Shown: positions 39,001-51,710 of the stretch, in pieces
How positions within the stretch are numbered: position 1 is the first letter of the stretch
Layout of the letters: the number at the start of each line of letters is the position of its first letter
Source: Obrimoposthia wandeli
Lineage: Eukaryota
Length of the DNA: 64,000 nucleotides
Direction: 5' to 3'
Assembly: GCA_977020255.1 (NCBI GenBank)
Contig: CDROCS010001677.1
Coordinates: forward strand, 310,001-374,000
Program-made: the position numbers and the translations under genes
Notes under the pieces: generated by a model
Database searches by the model: none
What the model saw: the letters and a program-made list of their open reading frames with translations, nothing else
Told to the model about the DNA's origin: nothing

Positions 39001-42000
39001 CAGCTTTATAACTTCATCAAAAACGTAATGGGTTTTAATGACACTAAGCATTACATGAATTAAAAAAGGTTCAGTAAGCAATATAGAAAATATTATTGCA
39101 ATCTAAATTAAAGACACAGTGAGTGTTTCGCAAATACCATATTCAGCTCCCTATATATTTTTCCAATTAATGTATTAATAACTTTAACTTTACAAATCAC
39201 GAGTTTATTTTGAAATGACGTTGTTATCAAAAATATTAAATTACAATATAAACTTTACTAAAATCCAATATTTTATCAATACATAATTACATCCATTTCA
39301 TTTTATAATGTATAATACAATGTAAAAACGAAATTTATGGTGAATAACATGTAAAGTGTTTAGGTCTTCTTCGTACGTTTTTTTCATTAATATTTTCTAA
39401 CCTCGACATGTAGAATACTAAATAGAACAAACAAACCTATTATTTGACAGTTAACAGGCTTTTAATTATTCTACTTACAGGATATGTACAATATTTTTAA
39501 ACTTTGCAATCAGTGAGAATTTTTTTGTCCCAGCCCAACAATAGTATTTTGATTGAAACACTGTTTATTTCACATTTATAAATTAATAAATACTAATAAC
39601 ATCAATTTGTGTACCAAAAATTACAAAACAGATAAAACACATCGATTTAGTATTAATAATTTAGAGGCATTTATTTTTTTCATTTCTCATACTTATATTT
39701 GTAATCATCACGTAAATTCGATGGTGTACTGTAATATTGTTTTTATAAACGTCAATATTGTGATAGTTTGTAACAAATGGTTACATATAAATTATAAAAA
39801 ATGCATTATAAATAATCCATATCACAGTTAAGATGCACATGCGTTTCATTAAGAAATAGTTGTTTAAGTACGCCACTATGATGCATCAAAATAAAAGTCA
39901 TGCTAACCTATTATAGAGCCAAAAGTACAAATTTTGAATAGTAAAATGTCTTCCAATTTCTATTGGCCAATTTTCTGACACTAATAATAATTATTGTTAG
40001 AAAGTTTAAATGTCTGATACGCAACTCTGCTGAATCCAACATTTAATCCAGATTTTTTACAATATCCTTTATTGACAACAATCATTAAAATATGTATGTA
40101 TAAAATAAGAAGTATAGTTAGGTGTATAAGATTGTTAATATTTGTTATTTTGGCTATTTGAATAAGTAAACTCAGAATGGGAATGTTATATTTACTATTA
40201 AAAGTTTAAAAATTAAGTTGAATGAAAATAATTTACAAAAGTCTATTTTAAACATTTTGATTGTAAAAGTAATTATTGTAGCTTAAAGCACTGTAAAAAC
40301 GTCAGGATAATATAAAATAATTTATTAATAGATTACTAAATTGTTAAAAAATTTGTTCAAACTAAGTAATAAAGCATTATATTATTAACAATGAATTTTA
40401 TTTTTATTTAGAAAAAGACCACCAGTTTATTTATGATGCCGATAATGATCAATTATTAAACTTTTAATGGATCAAATCAAATCTCGATGCTATGTACAAA
40501 ATCGTTCACTATCTCTTTGTTTGCAGCGTGTTGTGTTGATTGGAAGGGAGTTAAATGCTATTTTCGAAAATTATTTTCAATATAATGTTTCATATAACTC
40601 AATCCCTTCTAATTTTAAGAAAATCCAATAATGTTCAGTTTCAATTGAATAGGTGTGTTCTACAAATCTCCCTATGAACTGTGAGTGTCCTTGAATTATC
40701 GATTGGTATAGTAGAGTTGTTTAATTTATTTTCCGCTCTTAATTGGTAATTGACAATGTAGATGTAAGAAATAAGAGTAATTGTTTGTCTTTTAATGCAA
40801 ATCTGAAATCGTCTAAGATTGTATGTGCACGTGTATGCGATAGGGGTGTGGAGTGGTGATTTAGAAGGTGTGTGTGTGTGAATGTCAACGACCTGGATCA
40901 CGTTTGAAATTGGTTGTTAGGCAACATAGACGATTCACTGTCGATCTTTGCAAATAATTGGCACTACTTGCTTCGGAATTCTGCCAAGTCGGTGCTGCTA
41001 TTCTTGGAGGAAGGCGAAAGGCGAGGAGGGGAGAAGTGCTTTGCTGATTGGACTGTCAATGACTTTGAACACCATCATTAAATTACCAAGTTATTGGATC
41101 CATTTTGTAAGATGAGTATTCTAATCAGAGATTTTGGATTTCAACAAAACTTTCAAAAAAAATTGATAAATAAAATCGAGGAATTGATTATCGTGATTTT
41201 TAAACTTTCCGAAAAGAATTTATTCTAGTTCAAAAGCATTTCATTTACGTTAAAATAAAGGATTTAAATGTATGTTTAAATTCGTATTAAAAAATGCAGT
41301 CAAATTTTATTAACTAATCAATTTTAATTTGACCATAAATGGAATGAAATTGTGAATGTTATAAATTGGTTATATTTATTTCATTATAGTAAAAAATTGT
41401 CTTCAAAGCGACTGAAGATAAAGAAATAAATGTGAAGCAAGGCAAAACTATAAGTGATTTATCATGTTTTTCAATACTCAGAAATACAACTCAATATGCA
41501 GGTAATTCCTGGCCGCTTTGGTGAGGCACACACTGGTGCGAAAGGAGGCACAAGAAGTTTAACTGAAATGTAATTTTCAATTCTCGAAAGATTAATAAAA
41601 CAGTTAGAAAATTAGGCAATTAAGAGATTTAGTTGCATGTGCATACATAATTATATGTATTGTCAAATTCTTACCGCTCAAAAGTTATTATGAATAATAC
41701 GGTATATATTTAGGGAAGCGCCAATATTAGATCTTTCTTAAAACGGAGGCTAAGTAAAATAAAGTTTAAAAAGCACTGCTATAAGTTATGTTAGCAATTT
41801 CTTTTCAAATTAACTACAACAATAGATTGAAACAAATACCTTTCTAATTAAAATATACATTTAAACAATTTATTTGAATCATAATAAATATTGAAAATAT
41901 TTTCTGTTCATGGCTGTAATTTTTAATAACATATTTTAGTACATCCTTCAAAAAATTTTTTAAAATCCTTTTTCAATATATTTTTTTCAAATCATCAATA

Positions 42001-42580
42001 GTTTTTGGCTAGCGAGAATAAACGTTTCATTTGATATATTCTTAGAGAAAAAATTCTAAGCGCGCCAAATTTGGACTTTTGGTCTACCATTTAATTTATT
42101 AGAAGTTCGGTGGTTGTAAAAGTGGTTGTAGGGCCATCAGTCGAGTCAAGCCAGCTTTTGTTATGATGCAAGAGTATACTTTCTGTTTGCGAATCGACTC
42201 ATGTTTCATCAACGGTCACTAAATGTAAAGATTGAGAATTGTCTCGTTTTCTTCCCCAAATTTGTGAGGCAGCCAATTTTTGCAGCGATAATATTTGCCA
42301 ATCCAGTGTAGCCGACTATGTACTGCTTTATGTGAACAGGGCATAGTACAGGGTTGCGAGGGTTGTAAAGCCTATTTGATTACTATTTGACATTTATTGC
42401 TGACACAGCTTAGTCTTCCTTATTGGCTGTTTTCTCAGAATTAGCCGTGTCATATCTCATCAGCACACGGTGTATACAAATCCTATGAATAAAGGGCAGC
42501 TAACATTGTTTATTTTGTTTACGACGATATTAAGTCTTTAGCATTATTCCTCAGAAATTAAATGTAGAAGGTTTAAGTAC

Positions 42581-42693
42581 CTTTTGTGTCCCACAGAGTC
42601 GAAGGACCCTCCATCAACACAAGCACGTTTTGGAAGTTTATCGGACTCTTCAAATCCATTCTCTTGAGCAAGAATAAGCTGACCTATCAAATC
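42581..42693 (-). CDS. RAPGEF1: C3G-like exon
   Basis: Acceptor tttccag, donor gtactt. DLIGQLILAQENGFEESDKLPKRACVDGGSFDSVGHK; phase 0 to 2, matching both neighbours. Confidence 0.75.
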
Positions 42694-44447
42694 CTGGAAA
42701 TGTAAAAATACTTAAATTGGTCCTCATTATTTGAATTTACAAAATTATGAGAATACGAGTATTATTTGATTTGTTGATATGGTTGAAATTGTTAAATTGA
42801 ATCGAAAATATAATTACAGTAACGACAATTATAAGCACAATGTAGGTGATAACTTATCGACAAAAATAGTCAACGAGTTACAATATCCACGATACTTTTG
42901 ATGTCAAAAATAGCTACTTATTGACAAACCGAGCTCAAAAAGCTGGGCAACTGTTAAATACATTTTAAACACTTATTTAATAAAAAAACATTTAAAACTA
43001 TATCCAATTATTCACAATCTTTTCATTTTCATTTGAAAGGAAGGCTCGTAATTAAATGAAACTTTACACATATATGTTTGGACTTTCCAAAGGCTCAAAT
43101 AAAGTCTGGGTTTACATATATATATTTAGAAATTATAAATGATTTCAAGCAATATAATTCCTAAATATATATAAGAACATGCAATTTAATTTGTAAGATG
43201 AAAATCTAATATATCCTTGTTTGTTTCCATTTTGACATTAACATTAAAAAGTCAAAGTCCATCGCATTACTTTAACATGCATTTGCATTCATTAAAATAA
43301 CACTGATTTCTCGACCACGACACTGCATTTCTAAAGTTTCCAAGGAAACCCGATTCTCTGAACTGTCTACTCGAAATCGAAAATTGAAACTTGTCTAAGT
43401 TGAATACCAAATATTTTTTTACTAATGTTTATTTAATTTTTTTTATTTATACCATATTGGTATTTATGTTTTCCGAAACTGAAACTGAGGAAATACGGTA
43501 ATACATTTAAACAAAATGCACTTCCGCAGCTTTCTTTTTTTAATTTACTTTTTGAAATGCAATTTATATTGCAACAGTCTCTATTATCTTTTTTTACTAT
43601 AAACAAAACTATATTTAAAATATTAATTGCCAAAAATTAAAACATAAAAAACACAACAAAATCATTTAAGTCTGGTTTACATATATATTTAAATCCTTAT
43701 ATAATAAAATATATATAAAATAACTTTGTTGAAAATATTCTCTAAACAACATAAAAAATAGAAAATGTGGCACTTATAATACTTTTACATGTTTTTGAAA
43801 TTACATTTTATATTTTGTTAGTTAGAACTAAATTTTACTAACTTACATTTTATTTTTAAACATAATAGTTCATTAATATATTTTAATAAATTTACAAAAA
43901 GTGCTATATTATTTTAATTATTTTTATTATATATTTTACATTAAATTATATAATTTTTTGTGTATTTATTTAAAAATAATTTTATTCTATATTTATGTGT
44001 TTTTTTTGTGTTTAACATTTATTTTAAGTTTGTATAATAAATATAAGATGATTAAAATTTTGTCTGTCTATTAAACACAGGACTAAATATATAAATACGT
44101 CTTTTTAAAATAACGGCAAAAACTTTTATATCTGAGGAAAATGTCTATCAGAATTTAAAATTACAAATTATATTCAAAATATATATTATTAAAACAGATA
44201 CTTTTTTAACTTACATATCTTTTAATATATTGAAGAATTTATTTACTCAAAAATCATTTAACGTTTTTCTCACGTTTCTTTTCTATTTATACAGATTTCT
44301 TATGAGCTCGTACGGAAAACACTGGGAGAGTATAATATTTTGCCATTATTTCTATATGCAAAACTTCATTCGATTCTGTTCCAGTTGGAAGCTCTCCCTT
44401 CATAGTTTAATATGTTAGGACATCGTAGAGCTTAACGCTCAACTCAC

Positions 44448-44592
44448 TCTGGCCTCAAATTCCGCTCTAATAAACAGTTGTTGACCGATAGAGCGATTGG
44501 ATTCAGCCATACTGCCATTCATGCTGCTGACCCACTCCAGGAAGGCGTTGAACGGGTCCCGGAATGTTTGTAGAGATTGGTCGAGTTTTTTC
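44448..44592 (-). CDS. RAPGEF1: C3G-like exon (N-terminal helical domain)
   Basis: Acceptor tcttatag, donor gtgagt. Translates KKLDQSLQTFRDPFNAFLEWVSSMNGSMAESNRSIGQQLFIRAEFEAR; phase 2 to 0. Confidence 0.75.
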
Positions 44593-47382
44593 CTATAAGA
44601 AGAAAATAAGTTATTCTAATCTAAATACATAATTAATTTTGAGTTAGATAGTAGTATTAAATAAATAATACATTAAATATATTGCATCAATTCATTTCAA
44701 ACACTTTGTCTACTATTTTTGTTTAAAAGTACATAATATTTGGAAAAATGAGTTTATAATACATTTTATTTTATGCATATGATAATATAAATTATATTAA
44801 TATATTTTTCTGCAAATATTAGATTTTTAAATTTTAGCGAATTTCTTACGCAAGGTTTATAGACACATCAAGGAATCAATAAGCACTGTTTCGTTGTGAA
44901 TTAATACTTGTTTATAAATAAATATAATTCCAGCGAACTAATTCATTATCACTAGAGTATGTACCCTTGTTAGAATGAATTTTACTCAAATAATCTTAAA
45001 ATTTGTATTAGTTTCAGTATAAGAAATATATTAAAAACGAAACATTTCTAGCGCTTCGTTTGAGCAATAACAAACTTGTTTCGAGCTCGCACCGAATATT
45101 ATATTTAACAATACGTCCAAGTTCGGAGCCTTCTGTTGTAAGCGAGACATGTATTGTTCGCTAAGCTCGTGGCAAGTATATGCAAATGAACTTATAATGT
45201 TGAGCAGTCTAGCTTCTCTAACTGTTTCTTCTGACAGTTTCAAGAGCGCATATGAATGTTTGACAAAATATCAAAATCAACAGAATACACCACTGCTCTA
45301 ATGTTGGTCGATTCTCTGTATGTCACTTCGATATCTAACATCTGAACGCAGATAGCTGTCCGAGTCATCAAAATTCCCCATTGTTTGACTGCATAACTAT
45401 TCCTTGTGAAGTCAACAAAATCTAGTAAAACTGCTGTTGTTGACTGATGGTCGGTGAATAAACCCCATAGTCAGAAAATACACATCTAAACAACAGTACA
45501 GTTGAGCGTTCAACCTTTTGTCTGGCTGCAATATTATTCGAACGTGTTACCGATAAAATAACTGGGATAGAGTACAGAGAGCCTATTTCAATTACAACAT
45601 TGACGTGGGTGAAGTCACTGAGAGAAATAACGGTGTGATTTTAAAAAAAATACTACAAAACCTTCAACATCTGCTTCTTAATTGTCACTTGTTAACTTCA
45701 CAAAGACTCAAATTGCTCACCTAACATAGGTGGAGTCTGAACCCACTCGAATAAGACATAACATATAACTGTAAATGTTTCTTTGTAGCATAAAGTTCCT
45801 TTACCGAAAGAAATTATATCAAGAGATGATGCACAAGGGTGCACAAAAAGGTAAAGTGTTGTCTGTACTTCAAATAGAGTGTAAACGTTACCTACTATCA
45901 ATGTAGTGCATGTACTACCCCTTTGTGCATCACTCCTTGTTTCAAGGAATTCCATATTTGATTCATAATTAAGAACTCCGTCTAAGTGTTTGCAAAAAAT
46001 AAACATTTTATTCAGTCATTGTCTTTATTCATTTTCAATTCAGTAAATTTATTCGTCTATACACAGAAATAAGAAATTGTAATTTAAAAATTGTCCACAT
46101 TTTTATTAAACTGTCTATGCTATATTTCATACATACACGTGTTAGAAGCAGTAAAATAACATTAAAAATTGGGCAGGCAGAAAAATCGATAGAGGATGCA
46201 GTCATTTCTTCTGTCTTATCTCCTAGTTCGCGGGTAGTTTTTTTACCGCGAAGCACAAGATAAAAACTGGATATCACCGACAAAAAATTGCTGTTCGACT
46301 GTGGGAACTTCGATAAATGGATTTTAATTTTGAATATTTTAATTCCCAACACACGTACATTTAACAAAAACATTGTTCTAACAATATAATGAAATTCAAA
46401 TGCTTAACAAATAATAGATGTTACGGTTTCTCTTTTATGAAATAGTATATTCTTATCTAGGCTTACTACAAAGATGTTATTTAACCTTGTCAAGATTTTG
46501 TGATATCGACATGGCCAGACATTTTCTACACAACATATCGATATAACGATCGGCAGGTGACGAGTAATTGAGGTGTGAAGTAAAACTAGAATGTTTGATG
46601 AGATTGAAAAGTGCATGGTCAGATTGGTACTTCATACAAATTTGTACTGTATATGAAGAGCCCAAAAAACGTAAATAAGTTATCAAATAGTCGCCTTTTT
46701 GGACATAAAATTATTTAAAATTATTTTCGTCGAAATCAGGATGCTAACTGTATGTTAAAAGTGATTGTATGTTATTAAAGTATTTATAACGAAAAAGATA
46801 AAGCAATGTAAAATGTAAGACTAGATGTGTAAGTTTTCCATCAGATAGAAATATTAATTAAACGAACCAAAAACCCGAAAAAATTGACATATGCTCAAAA
46901 GTTTGACTTAAAAACTACTTTAAACATGGTCATTTCCAAAGATATATTTTCGGAGCTCAAACAAATTATTTTGAATCTCGAATTTTACGAAGATTGTTAT
47001 AAGATCTTTCAGCATTGAGAATGCATATATAGTCAATTACAATGTTTGATAATAATGAATAGGTACTAACAGAACCTAACGAATACTTGAGCATCGTAAT
47101 AATAGGCTAGAAGAGTAAAACAAAGTTTTATGATGGTTTAGAATAGTTTTCATGAACGATTTGTTCAATTCTATTATCTGAAAAGTTTCTTTGTACAGTC
47201 AAAATTGGCAACTAATATCATGTCAGATTATATATTATGCAACCCTCACCCCTAAATTAGGATGGTCTTAATTTGACCCATAATTTATGCAATGTATTGA
47301 ATATCTCAAAGTTCCACGACGGATTTGGTATATTAATTTTTGGAAATGTCAGTAATTTTATACGTCAAACAAAATATAAAAC

Positions 47383-48656
47383 ACAACTAGCAGTGACCGC
47401 ACTAAAGCTAGCTATCAAATTCCCCAACCACCTACAGCATACCAATAAACACGAATGTACAACTAGCAGTAGCCACACTAAAGCTAGTGATCAGTTTTCC
47501 TAACCAACTACAGCATACCCATAAACACGAATGTACAACTAGCAGTAGCCACACTAAAGCTAGCGATCAGTTTCCCTAACCAACTACAGCATACCCATAA
47601 ACATGAATGGACAACTAGCAGTAGCCACACTAAAGCTAGCGATCAGTTTCCCTATCCAACTACAGCATACCCATAAACACGAATGGACAACTAGCAGTAG
47701 CCACACTAAAGCTAGCGATCAGTTTCCCTAACCAACTACAGCATACCCATAAACATGAATGGACAACTAGCAGTAGCCACACTAAAGCTAGCGATCAGTT
47801 TCCCCAACCACCTACAGCATAAACACGAATGGACAACTAGCAGTAGCCACACTAAAGCTAGCGATCAGTTTCCCTAACCAACTACAGCATACCCATAAAC
47901 ACGAATGTACAACTAGCAGTAGCCACACTAAAGCTAGCGATCAGTTTCCCCAACCACCTACAGCATAAACTCGAATAGACAACTAGCAGTAGCCACACTA
48001 AAGCTAGTGATCAGTTTCCCTAACCAACAACAGCATACCCATAAACACGAATGTACAACTAGCAGTAGCCACACTAAAGCTAGCGATCAGTTTCCCCAAC
48101 CACCTACAGCATACCCATAAACTCGAATATACAACTAGCAGTAGCCACACTAAAGCTAGCGATCAGTTTCCCTAACCAACTACAGTATACCCATAAACAC
48201 GAATGTACAACTAGCAGTAGCCACAGTAAAGCTAGCGATCAGTTTCCCTAACCAACTACAGCATACCCATAAACACGAATGTACAACTAGCAGTAGCCAC
48301 ACTAAAGCTAGCGATCAGTTTCCCCAACCACCTACAGCATACCCATAAACTCGAATGTACAACTAGCAGTAGCCACACTAAAGCTAGCGATCAGTTTCCC
48401 TAACCAACTACAGCATACCCATAAACACGAATGGACAACTAGCAGTAGCCACACTAAAGCTAGCGATCAGTTTCCCCAACCACCTACAGCATAAACACGA
48501 ATGTACAACTAGCAGTAGCCACACTAAAGCTAGTGATCAGTTTCCCTAACCAACTACAGCATACCCATAAACACGAATGTACAACTAGCAGTAGCCACAC
48601 TAAAGCTAGCGATCAGTTTCCCCAACCACCTACAGCATACACATTAACACGATAAA
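47383..48656. repeat. Tandem satellite, 17 units of 76 bp (three 70-bp variants)
   Basis: Unit starts (ACAACTAGC) at 47383, 47459, 47535, 47611, 47687, 47763, 47833, 47909, 47979, 48055, 48131, 48207, 48283, 48359, 48435, 48505 and 48581. The 70-bp units lack acccat. Confidence 0.97.
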
Positions 48657-50139
48657 ACAACCAGCCAATCAGAAAGGCGTTTATTAAATAAAATGAATAT
48701 GTGGCTGGTTGTAATTGATTTTAATTTTAATTAATGTAAATTCTGGAGATTATATTTGATCACCCACCGGTTTTCCGCCTATCTTATAGTTTACGCACTC
48801 CTAATCGAAAATCCTGGACCCGCCCATTTTGAATCCAACCTTTTGCTATAATGCCGATGATATATTTTTATTAAAAAATATTTGTTTTCAAATAATCTTT
48901 TATCACAATATTTCACGTAAAAGATACGCATTGGAAAATGAAATTGTACTTAAAAATACATGTATTAATATATTTGTGTGGTTAGGAAATGGTTAGGAAA
49001 TCTATGTAAATTTAGTGTAGAATGAAAACGTGTATATCTACCCATAATTTAATAAAAATAGAATTCAGTGGAGTTGAGAATTTGGTGGAAATTTCGAGAA
49101 ACATTCACAGTAATGGTCATATTTATTTAACAAAATCTAAACTAATTTACATATCGCTGAATATTTTGTATTTAAATTTTTTGCAGAAATATTGTAAACA
49201 AACGTATAAAATACTTTAAACGAAAAGATAAACTAATTCATCTTTCTTACTTTTGTAACTAAAAATTTTGCAACTTTATCCAATCTCTAAATAAACTCAT
49301 GATTATTTTTTAATTCAAAATACAAAATAATGTGCATAAATTTATTTTGTTTAATAATAATATTTCTATTTTAAAAGAATTCATTTAATTTTTAAGTGTA
49401 ATTTGGGAACTTCAGATAAATAAGAATCAATAACATCCGGTTACGTAATAAGTTAAGTAGTTATTTTCGTTTACTAATCTGTTATTCGGATTGCGGCAGT
49501 TATATAATTGCAACGAAAGAATTTATATTTTAGGTTGTGTGAATTTTCCACACAGATTTGAAAATTGCCACCCCAATATTTAATAGTATAACCTGATTCG
49601 CTATTTTATAAAACTCTTATAATATTATCAGAAAAATGTATATTTTTAATAGGAATGAATCAAAAAGTTTAGACAAAATAATCTGCGTACCTATCTGTAG
49701 TGCTCACGAACTTTTAAAATTGGTCATAAATTCAGATAAAAATAAATGTAAAGTAAGTCAAAAAGATTCCTGTAATGTTTTTTAGGATAATTTATCGGCA
49801 AGTAAGATTAAATATCTTTGTAGATCTGTTAAAAAGGAAGTTTCAAAATCGTATAATTCACTTTAATTAAACAGGATACATTAGTAGGTAGATGTAGCAC
49901 TTCTGGAACAAAACTCCCGTCCCCTGAAGATTTCTAAATGCAGATTTCTAAATAAGTATCTTATTTTTATTTCATGTAATTCCTGGCATAGATTATACGC
50001 CCATTTCTTCTCAATAAAGAGCCATTTGTGAATTACACAACCAACCACATTTTGAAGAAAAGTTTTAAAATGGAAATTTTAATCAGAGCTGTCAGAATTA
50101 CATATATATTTTTAAAAATAAATCTTTTATGAATTCCTT

Positions 50140-50290
50140 TGGCTGCTGATCAATGTCAGAATTGAATTCAAGATCGTACTTATTGTAAAATAAGTATTCA
50201 CTCACGAAAGCCCAAATATTTAACAATTTATCGATGAATATAAGAAACTGGGACAATGTTCAGAAATTCAAGCCCCCACAGTTTTTACTA
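50140..50290 (+). repeat. Copy 3 (inverted, short) of the same repeat family
   Basis: ctgctgatcaatgtcagaattgaattcaag is the reverse complement of the copy-2 block cttgaattcaactctggcattgatcagcag, with few mismatches. Confidence 0.55.
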
Positions 50291-50979
50291 ATTCGGAAAT
50301 TTTACAAAAAATGATGGTAACCGGAAGCGATTCATTTTTTAAAATGGTTTTTGTTTCAAACACTTACAAAAACTGTTTTGACAGTAGCGTAAGCACTGGC
50401 ATGTGGACATCTATTCTTGCATTTTATGCCCAATTACAAAACTTATTTACCCTTGAATTCTGCATGTGTGTGTCGTGTTGTGTGGTGAAGACAACAGGCC
50501 GTGAATATAACCAGACAACATGATGCTAAGTGAAACGCGGTAACATGATCATGGTCGGCCGATTCTAGTGGACTGTGGACTTTGCCATAAACTGCCAGAT
50601 CAAAAGGTGCATCGATCCAGTTGGATCAAATACGAATCCAGGATCTTAGATCTGTTGGTCAGGTTTGTCATGCACTGATTGGCTCAATCGACGATATACA
50701 GTGTTACTTCAAATCCAAACATAATACACCTAACAAATGGTGATTCTGGAAAGCAGCAATAGTGCTCATCATTGTACTGAGCAGTTTTCCCTGTCATTCT
50801 AGATTCCATACACTCAATTTAACAGTAAAATAATATATTTTAAATTTTATTTGTGGTGCTAAATCGATAATTTAATAATATTAGTTAACTTCAAGTAAAA
50901 TTCGTTTATTATGGATAGGCTTTTATATGATGATCTTAATTAAGAATCTAAACGATATATAGAAACTTAATTAAATACT

Positions 50980-51710
50980 ATTTCTCATCATCTATGATTG
51001 GGAGTTCTGCATTTTCCAACTCTTAACACGGTTGGGGTTCCCAATTGGAATTTGTACCTTTCTTTTTTAATTGATTCTTGTTGAAATTTTACGTTCTGGG
51101 ATAATTTTTATTACGATCATCTTAACTTACGAAACTTACAAATTTACCGCTTGTTGATTTCATTTTGATACATGACAAATTAAATAACTTTTGATAAAAC
51201 CCAACAGTATTAGACTGTGAAGCTTCCCCTAATATTGTTCAAATTACCCAACGATGAAGCCACTTTACAGAAACGTCAATAGCAACAAAGTTACACGAAT
51301 GTTTAATCCAATGAAGCGATATTGTAAGATTATGTGGCGGCTTGTAATTTCTGCTCACTGGTGCACGTCATTTGAAGCAATGCATGCTTGGGCAAATGAG
51401 TAAGTGCTGGTAGCCAGTCCCAACTTGACATCACTGCTGTGTCTAGATGTACAGCATATTTTGCTGGCTTTAGAACATTTAGGACAATTACCTTTTTATG
51501 ATAAATAACTATATGTATAACTAACCTTTTCAAAGAATCTTTGTCAATTTTCTCAAAGGAAACTGCAGCTTCGGTTATTCTATTTTCGATCAGTTTAGAG
51601 CAGCACTGAAGTTGTTGGAGAAGATTGACCCGATTCAGGTCATCAATTTTTTGTTGCAAAAGACTAGTCAGATAGAGTAGTTCCAGTTCCAGATTTCTGG
51701 TGAATTTCAT
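50980..51710 (-). mobile_element. Probable hAT-like transposase relic
   Basis: 126-aa ORF containing LNVLKPAKYAVHL, with a downstream decayed IPIGNPNRVKSWKM...MRNS resembling the hAT dimerisation motif. Weak match. Confidence 0.35.

Larger units (their letters stand above)
1864..44592 (-). other. RAPGEF1: Multi-exon host gene, C3G/RAPGEF1-like Rap guanine nucleotide exchange factor (partial; continues off the left edge, 5' end uncertain)
   Basis: Eleven exons (44592 to 7757) join in consistent phase by GT-AG junctions. A further exon at 1864-1968 encodes LAQVDRDFFLQPGECDIAGGPVDALIVYACDKKD, resembling the C3G REM start (DVRGGSGDILLVHATETDRKD). The N-terminal exon has FNAFLEWVSSM (cf. C3G LANLIRWSDQV), and the long Pro-rich and acidic middle region fits C3G architecture. 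Canonical PPxLPxK Crk-SH3 motifs are not clearly seen. Confidence 0.7.

Noticed and set aside
40930-41060. GC-richer exon-like segment (HFSPPRLSPSSK)
   Set aside because: Phase is incompatible with the flanking exons, which already join directly, and there is no good donor.
45031-45243. Candidate C3G N-terminal exon (LLNIISSFAYTCHE)
   Set aside because: Only vague similarity, and no strong phase-2 donor or clean acceptor linking it to 44592.
47383-48656. Possible CRISPR array
   Set aside because: Units are head-to-tail with no unique spacers, the context is eukaryotic, and there are no cas genes.
50539-50556. DHDHVT motif resembling the Polinton EndoVII insert
   Set aside because: Only six residues, with no flanking CxxC or other pPolB motifs in frame; probably chance.
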